NCBI RefSeq assembly: GCF_000150275.1
Contig: NW_002060953.1
Location: 717,693 to 781,692, forward strand
Length of the DNA: 64,000 nucleotides
Origin: Trichoplax adhaerens
Taxonomy: Eukaryota; Animalia; Placozoa
Direction of reading: 5' to 3'
A program made the translations under genes and the position numbers. The notes under the pieces were generated by a model. It did no database searches and was not told the DNA's origin. It was given only the letters and a program-made list of their open reading frames with translations. Numbering within the stretch: the stretch's first letter is position 1; every line of letters starts with the position of its first letter. Positions 37,341 to 64,000 of this stretch are shown here, one piece after another.

Positions 37341-40300
37341 TTGTTGTTTTCTAAATTTGAGCTTATTTTCCCATGAATATTAATGTATATAAGTTACAAG
37401 GTAACTTTATTCTGAAAGTAAGTCTGTAGTAATAATCTACAGAAAATGATAGCGTATTTATTGTCACCCTGTTGATAACAGAAATTTGTAGCGTTAACTC
37501 CTCTCAGTATACTGTACATACTGATATAGCTCTTCATTTGTTATACTATTTTTAAGTTTAGTATTGATATTAATCTAGTTAGATTGAATTATTAGAACAT
37601 AAATGGTTGATTTACTTTCAGTTTGTCTAGTATCGAATGATCGTAACCATCATTTTTTGTTCTTTTGCATCTAATAACATTTTATTGAAATGTCTATAGT
37701 GCTATATATGAGAAGAGTTACCAGTGTCATTGGACTATGAGCATTTCCAATAGTAACCTTCCCTAATCTCCTTTTCTAATATTAATATTCTAGATTACCA
37801 TTTACCGCTGTCCGGTAAATATCTTAAAATTTTGTAAACCTATATGTTAAAATTTAAACATTAGCTTCAAATATAATGCTGTCATCTCAGCTGTCATATG
37901 CATAGATAGACAACATAACCTTGTTATTGATCGAATAAAATACTAAAGGCTGTAGAGAATTTTTTGATTCATAGAACTACGTAATATTTCTGATAGCATT
38001 ATCCTAAAAGCATGAATTATGTTTTTTCCGTATCTCGAAGATATCAATGTAGCATCATTTCTTGCATGTACATTAATCTGTAGCTAGCTTGCCTATCAGG
38101 ATGATATAAAATCAGATGGATGCGATTCAATAATATATAACCTCATTTAATCGCACTGTATACCTGAAAGGATTTACGCTAAGGTCATCGATTCTATTAT
38201 AATTAAGTCTTCCTTGTAAATGATGCTTGTAGCGCTTTACCATATAAAATTCGTTTTTTTATTTTCTAATTTATGACAGAATTAAAAATATCTATATTAA
38301 ATGCTGCCTTGACTTTACCTACTGGCTGAGAATATTACGAGTGCATAGTCATTAGCCCGCATAGACCGAGGTATGTAACCGGTAGTTTATCTCCAACTAA
38401 GATTTCAGCAGAGATAAAGTACGGCAAACGTCTATTATGGCAAGTATTATTTTAGTGGAACAAGTCTATTTAGTTAGTTTGAATCTATTCAAAACGATTG
38501 ATTAGCAAATAAACAAAATGTCTCCATATGTAGTGAATAGGTACAATTAATTGTCAATCGTCGATGTTTTAAATAACGATTACAGTAATGGAGCAGGGTC
38601 AATAACAGCAATTATATTTTAAAGTAGAATCCTCAATAAGAAGTAATTTATATCACAAGGGGCGTGGAAACGCTAATAATTTTGCAATAAATAAAGCTAA
38701 ACGCCCAGTTTTGCTTTTAGTCAGTAAATCATCAGCAACAAGTTTTTGGTAAGATGCTGAGCACTAAGATAGTAATTCAGTTAGATTGCTTTTAGGTTAG
38801 TAAAGATAAATAGCAACAAGAAATGTAGGTCAGCAATATTGTTTTACCTTTATTCAAGATAGTAGTCAAGCTATTCGACATTTTCCGTTAATGTGATTAA
38901 TAACGTCGAAACTTTCAAATTATAGCGTAATACGTTAAAAAATAGAGTAATTATTATCGGAACACAAATATAGCATCGATCATCTGCCTTCCAACTAGTA
39001 TCAAATACAACGGACGAATTTGCTATAGCGTTAAACGCACCAAATCCAAAGATTAATAAAAAAATTGATTAATTATCAGTAATTACGAAAAAATAAATGC
39101 CTCAAGAAATAGGACATATTTCCTACAGTAAAAAGCCAACGTGTGCAAAAAAATTACCCATCATCCACTCGGTTAGGAATAAAAGGCGATAGCGCCAATT
39201 TGATTAATATTGACTTAATTGTGCTTAATTAAGTTGATTATTGACTTAGGTTTGGTTATCACGAGGCATCGTAGATTATTCGTATTATCTTGATGGCTAT
39301 CTATTTGTTCTATCAGAGACTGTCATAGTTTAGCAATTAGAAAAGAATGGGATGGGCTAATTTGTTAACTGATTACTTAATGTCAGATCGATTTAAGGTC
39401 ACATTGAGATAATGATAATTTATAATAATCTTGCTTGTCTGAATATTCATGAAATTTAATTATCTATGAATATTTGTTTCAAGCTAGGCATAAATTAATT
39501 ATTATATTTTGCGAAAGATATATGCAATGCATAAGTTAGGTCAATTATTTTCTCCCCTACTTTAACCTTTCCTTATATGGTAATTCCATCTTCATTTGCT
39601 TATTTATAGTTGGAGTAATGACAAATGCATATTGAATATTGAAAAATAACTGATACCATAATACTTGATGGCTATTATAATTCGTGAAATTTATGCAGTG
39701 AACTCTCTTATATGACAAAAAGATTTCTAGTTACCCTTTGTTCCAGTAATTTTACTGATATGACCTATGTTAACGCTGGCAGCGATACAATTGTGATCAT
39801 GATTGAATGAATTGATTTAACGAGCTAATATTCTGCCCTATAGATTAATATCATCAGTACTGATCTAATAAACTACTTAAGAGACTTTATAGAGCTGACT
39901 GAGTAGAAAATTAAAGGTAGTTATAATGCAAAATATAATTCGATATGATTGTATTTTGCTGCAGTAATAATTTAATTTCGTCCATTTTAGTAATGATATC
40001 GACTTATAAGATCTACTGAGATATTAAAAACTTGAAATGACGGAGGCATACAAGTAATTTCTAAGTAAGATTTTAAATTCCGTTCATCGTACTTTCATAT
40101 TTGCTGATGAAAGCACAGTAGATCAGCTAAGATGTAATAAAGCAGAATTATGAAAGGTCATATAGCTATACCCCTCTATAATCGATTCATGAGATTTTAT
40201 TCAACTACACAAATCATTAACCTTAGTCTATTCTGATCTGAATACGATATAATTTAAATGGTAACCGTTCCTTTTGCTATAATAGATGAATTGAATGACA

Positions 40301-42700
40301 CAGATCCAGCTACAATTTGCAATTCCTTTTCTCCAGATTGATGGATTTTATAATTTTATTAATTAATCGCACTGAAATTTTCGACGGACAATTTTTATGT
40401 ATTACTCTACAGCTGCATCGTGTGAAAATTAAATAATACAGTTTACAGGAACGATGACATTTAGTGATCTTTGGATTAATCACCTTATGTAAGCTTCCTA
40501 CTATCCAAAATTAATCATCCTCTTATATAAATATACAATCAAAGCCTTGTCATAATATGGTAGCACTTGCGTTTTTCACGCGGTCTGTTATATTAATCTA
40601 ACACATGTAAATTGACTCATTTATTCTTTCTCTTTTATCTATTCTAATAGATCAAAGTGATCAAGCAAGAATACTATTGCAACTCAATAAATAAGCTAGC
40701 TCATAAATTACAGTAATATTTTTAATTATACTAATTTCTTGTCATGGGTGGACAGATTTATTTGATGAACATAATAGGTAGGATGTCTCTAAGATATTAT
40801 ACTAACTTGATGGATTGGACTATTGATATAGATGAATTCCAGTAATTGTCTATTTAAGTCTAGCACCATTTTACTGTCTACAAAACTTTATTTCTATCTC
40901 AAGAATACAATCAGTAAAGGTAATAATTATAATTATTATTCTCAGATTTAAGAATCTTTCACCACGATCGTGTTGGTAATAGCTTTCGTTTACGTCAGCT
41001 ATATTGATTACATTTGTAGTAAAATTTAAAAAATGCTATAGAATGTTCAAACTTGGCATTGTCATTCTTTATCATCTTAAGTAGAAATTATTCGATACTC
41101 CTAAGATGGTGCAGCAATATTATTGTTCGACTAGGAATCTCTTTTTATCTCCATTTACCTTATTTCGTTATTAACTTCATGCTGAGTCATTAGTTGTATG
41201 TAGACTACTCTTTATTCGCAATCAGAATCATCGAAAAGTAATGATAATGCTCTATAGTGGATATGTAGCTTTGTCGGAGTAGATGTTTAATAAGACAAAT
41301 TATTTTGATTGGTCTACAATCATGATCTAATCTGTTCCTAATTATCGCAGTTAAGATTGTTGATTCTTAATAAATCTCTTATAGAGAGCAAAGAATAATA
41401 TTTTTCTTGAAAACTTATTTCGACCTAAATTGCTCCAAACTCTATCAGTGCCTTACAACAGGTCCGTTAATGATGGTGATGGTATGTCATTTATTCGATT
41501 AAGCCTGTTCTGTCATAGTTAGCAAATAAGGACTAGAAAAGTAAGCCTCTACTACGCTGGAGGAATAATATTTGATAGGGAATAAATAATATGGCAACCT
41601 GAGAAATACATTCATTTGTTAAGATATTTCTATTTGTCATCATTTATCTTCAACTTTTTTTGATCTACAGTAATTTCTATAACTACTTTAAATTTATCTG
41701 GCATGATTTGTTTTTATTCACTATATCTAGTGTGTTTCGGAATAATTAACTTAGAATATGAATGATTGGCTAGTTTACGGCTGTTCTGTTGATAAATTTC
41801 TCAGCTAATCCGTTTAATTGATAATGATAGAATATAACACGACTATTTTTAGTCATTGAAGTTTGAACAATCGACATAGACTGCTTTACCTGTAGCAGCT
41901 ATAAATCTAGCCGTGCTTACTTCTTATCCAATAATTACGGTAATGCGCAATCACAATGATACAGAGCTACACAAAATCCTATAGCTATATGCGATATGAA
42001 TATATATAGCTATAACACAAAATCCTATAGCTACAGTATCTACTATTTCATGAATTACTGAAATTAACTGAATAAAAATAGCATGAGAAAAAATCTTATC
42101 TTTGATATCAAGTATTATTGCTTTGATAATTATTTATTCTCTATGCTAATAGGAATGCTTACTATGATGCGAATAAAAAATATCGCGTTAGCATACAATT
42201 TATTTAAGTATAAGTTTATGTAGCAGTAAAGACATAAGGATACAGAAATCAAACAATATTAAAATTTATAAGAAATGAATTAATAGGACAAGTTTAAATT
42301 ATCATTAGAATCATATTCGATAAAACTACAGTATGCAGTTGTTATGAAACCGCCAGCTGCACTTTCAGGTAGTATTTTAAATTTAGACAAACTTTACGAA
42401 TTGTAAGTTTAAAGACATACATTGTAGAAATAAAACTATGTTCAAAATGAGCTAAAAGGACGTCTAGAATGAGCAATAAAAATTATAACACCAATGTTAT
42501 GCGCTAATAAGTATCATATATGCTAGCAAAGATAAAAGTTTTTCTCCAGCTTTCAGTTCTACTAGCATCTAATGATTCATTCTCAGCATAGCAGTCTTAA
42601 CCGTTGTAAAAATTAAATTATGGCATATTGAAAGTTTTTAAATTATTATACGATCATTAAGCCATAATGATATTAAAGAATAAGATCCAGAAAGGTAAGT

Positions 42701-62158
<19,458 letters not shown>

Positions 62159-62664
62159 ACTTGCTGTGGGTAAGGTGAAAGCAAGTGATATGAATTTTGT
62201 GCAGCAGGTAGTTATTCTTATAATACGTGAATTTGTAACCTGAGGGGAATGCCTTATACACTATGCATTCGTATTCAAAGGTCAATAAAAGATTGCAGAC
62301 TAGTGTATTGTATTAATTGATATAATGATATTCTAACCGAGTAGAATAGCGCAGTAATATTGTTATGCGATCACGAAGCGAGGTAATTGTTTTATTTAGC
62401 TCTACTTTTGATAATAAGGCCATTAATATTGAAATGATAATGACAATTATTGTTTTGTAGAGAGAAAGAGGCAGAGAGGACGATAGGATTGATATTGTGA
62501 TATGGTTTCTATTCTTCGCGAACTACGTTAATTAAGTAGTTGATGCACATAATTATTTTAGTAATTATCGCCTGCACCTTCTTGAAAAGTTGAATATTAG
62601 AGGTCATTTTTAGATTTTATTCTTCAACACATCAAAAATAGGAAGCTTGTTCACAAAAGTTCAA

Positions 62665-62965
62665 TTTAAGGCTGCTAATATTTGAACTAATTAAAGTTGA
62701 CTTATTTCCATTAAAATAATATGAAACTCATTCGGAAATGATTTAATTTATAGCTGATGATATTTGAACTATTTAAAATTGACTTCTATCCATTACAATA
62801 ATATGCAACCCCTTTCAGAAATGATTCAATTTCTCGTGGATGATATTTGAAATAGTTTAATTGACTGACGTCCCTTAAAATGACATAAAACTTATTGGGA
62901 AATGATTCTGTTTATAGCTGATGATAGCCGAACTAGTTAAAGTTGATTAATATCCATTAAAATGA
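62665..62965. repeat. Minisatellite (~83-bp unit, ~3.5 copies) upstream of the gene C start codon
   Basis: gctgatgatatttgaacta.ttaaa.ttgactt...ccattaaaataatatg.aac...tt..gaaatgatt recurs with tttgaa at ~62681, ~62763 and ~62846, plus a partial copy at ~62930. Confidence 0.8.
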
Positions 62966-63028
62966 TTTCTTTTAAATGAATTCAAAAGTCGAAACAAAGG
63001 CCAGTCTTGCAAGATTATTGTTGGTTAC

Positions 63029-63093
63029 TAGTAACCCACGGAGACATTGTTCATCTAATTTCTACCGACATCGTCGCATGTTACTGCTTGATT
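63029..63093. promoter_or_regulatory. Conserved non-coding element upstream of gene C (homolog of 37276-37340)
   Basis: Same ~65-bp alignment, in the same orientation relative to the gene. Confidence 0.55.
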
Positions 63094-63624
63094 ATCTCTT
63101 TTGTGTCATTCAATACTGTTTATTTCATAAGATTGTCGAATAAAAAATTGAAAACGTGATCCTATCATCTAAAGCTTTACCTTATAAGTTAATACAAGCA
63201 CTGATGTCATAAATATACAAATGTTGCATAATATAGGACAGCTGATTGTAAATTGTTTATCCGCCTAACATTCTGTAAGAGAAATGGTAAAGACAATAAT
63301 ATCAACATAGCTTAGACTGTTGCTTTGGGCTGTATTATGATAGGATATAGAACTAGATAGGTCGACCGATAATAACGAGTTTACGCAATACGAAGTTCAA
63401 AAGCTAAGGCTTCCTGCGGTAATTTTAGATGATGTAATTAAATTATCTGTGTAATGGCACATAATACAGTTACTATACGAGTATGTCCTATTTTTTGCAT
63501 AATTGTATTTGAATTTTATTGATGCTTTCAGGCTTTACAGACTTGAATATCATTGAGAGTTTTTCATCTAGATTATTTGTCATAATTATTTACCAAAATT
63601 GGTTTAAAAAATACCAATTTAAGT

Positions 63625-63862
63625 AAAGTAACGGATCACCAATACTTTTCGAAGCTGATTTACACTGAAATTAAGTGATTGATTGCTTGGTGTTAAAAAA
63701 TAGTTACGTGTATATTGAATTTAATATGGTCTAGCGCCGTTTATAGACGTTATGTACAATATTTATTTGCCTCATTTCTTCAAAAAACATTAATTCAGAA
63801 AAGTAACGAATCATCATTATTTTCAGAAGCTGATTTACGCTGAAATTGAGTGATTGATGCTT
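63625..63862. repeat. Two-copy direct repeat (~178-bp spacing)
   Basis: aaagtaacg.atca.ca.ta.ttttc..gaagctgatttac.ctgaaatt.agtgattgat at ~63625-63685 and ~63800-63860. Confidence 0.75.
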
Positions 63863-64000
63863 AATCTTAAATAATTATTATGAACATCCTAGCTCATTCA
63901 TAGGGTAATCTGTAATAGGTCAGGAAGATTTTTAGATATGAAAATGTGTGCATTTTTGTTGCTTGAGTTCAACGGATGTAAAAAAGGTTCTACTTAAAAA

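Noticed and set aside
41965-42035. Short duplication acacaaaatcctatagcta, and a weak similarity (ctctatgcta) downstream of the B and C stop codons
   Set aside because: Too short and AT-rich to support a functional claim.

Overview
This is eukaryotic (animal) DNA: AT-rich, with short GT-AG introns. The style fits a compact invertebrate genome such as a placozoan, but the taxon cannot be confirmed from sequence alone. The window is a head-to-tail, minus-strand cluster of three giant multi-exon MAM-domain genes of the MALRD1/DIET1 and apical endosomal glycoprotein class. Gene C (62158->42701) and gene B (36637->16533) are complete paralogs. Each has 25 coding exons with identical intron phases and encodes a ~4,195-aa type I membrane protein: signal peptide, 20 MAM and 15 LDLa modules, one TM helix and an NPxY-bearing tail. 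Gene A (10718->window start) is a more distant relative with at least 13 MAM domains and no LDLa in the window. It hits an apparent 1-nt frameshift/stop at position 10-12. I built the exon models by hand from splice signals and reading-frame continuity. They include signal-peptide exons and a 27-nt micro-exon that the ORF track misses. The ~6-kb intergenic stretches and longer introns hold only local degenerate tandem repeats, a few hairpins and one element conserved upstream of B and C. I found no prokaryotic features, RNA genes, CRISPR arrays or intact transposons.
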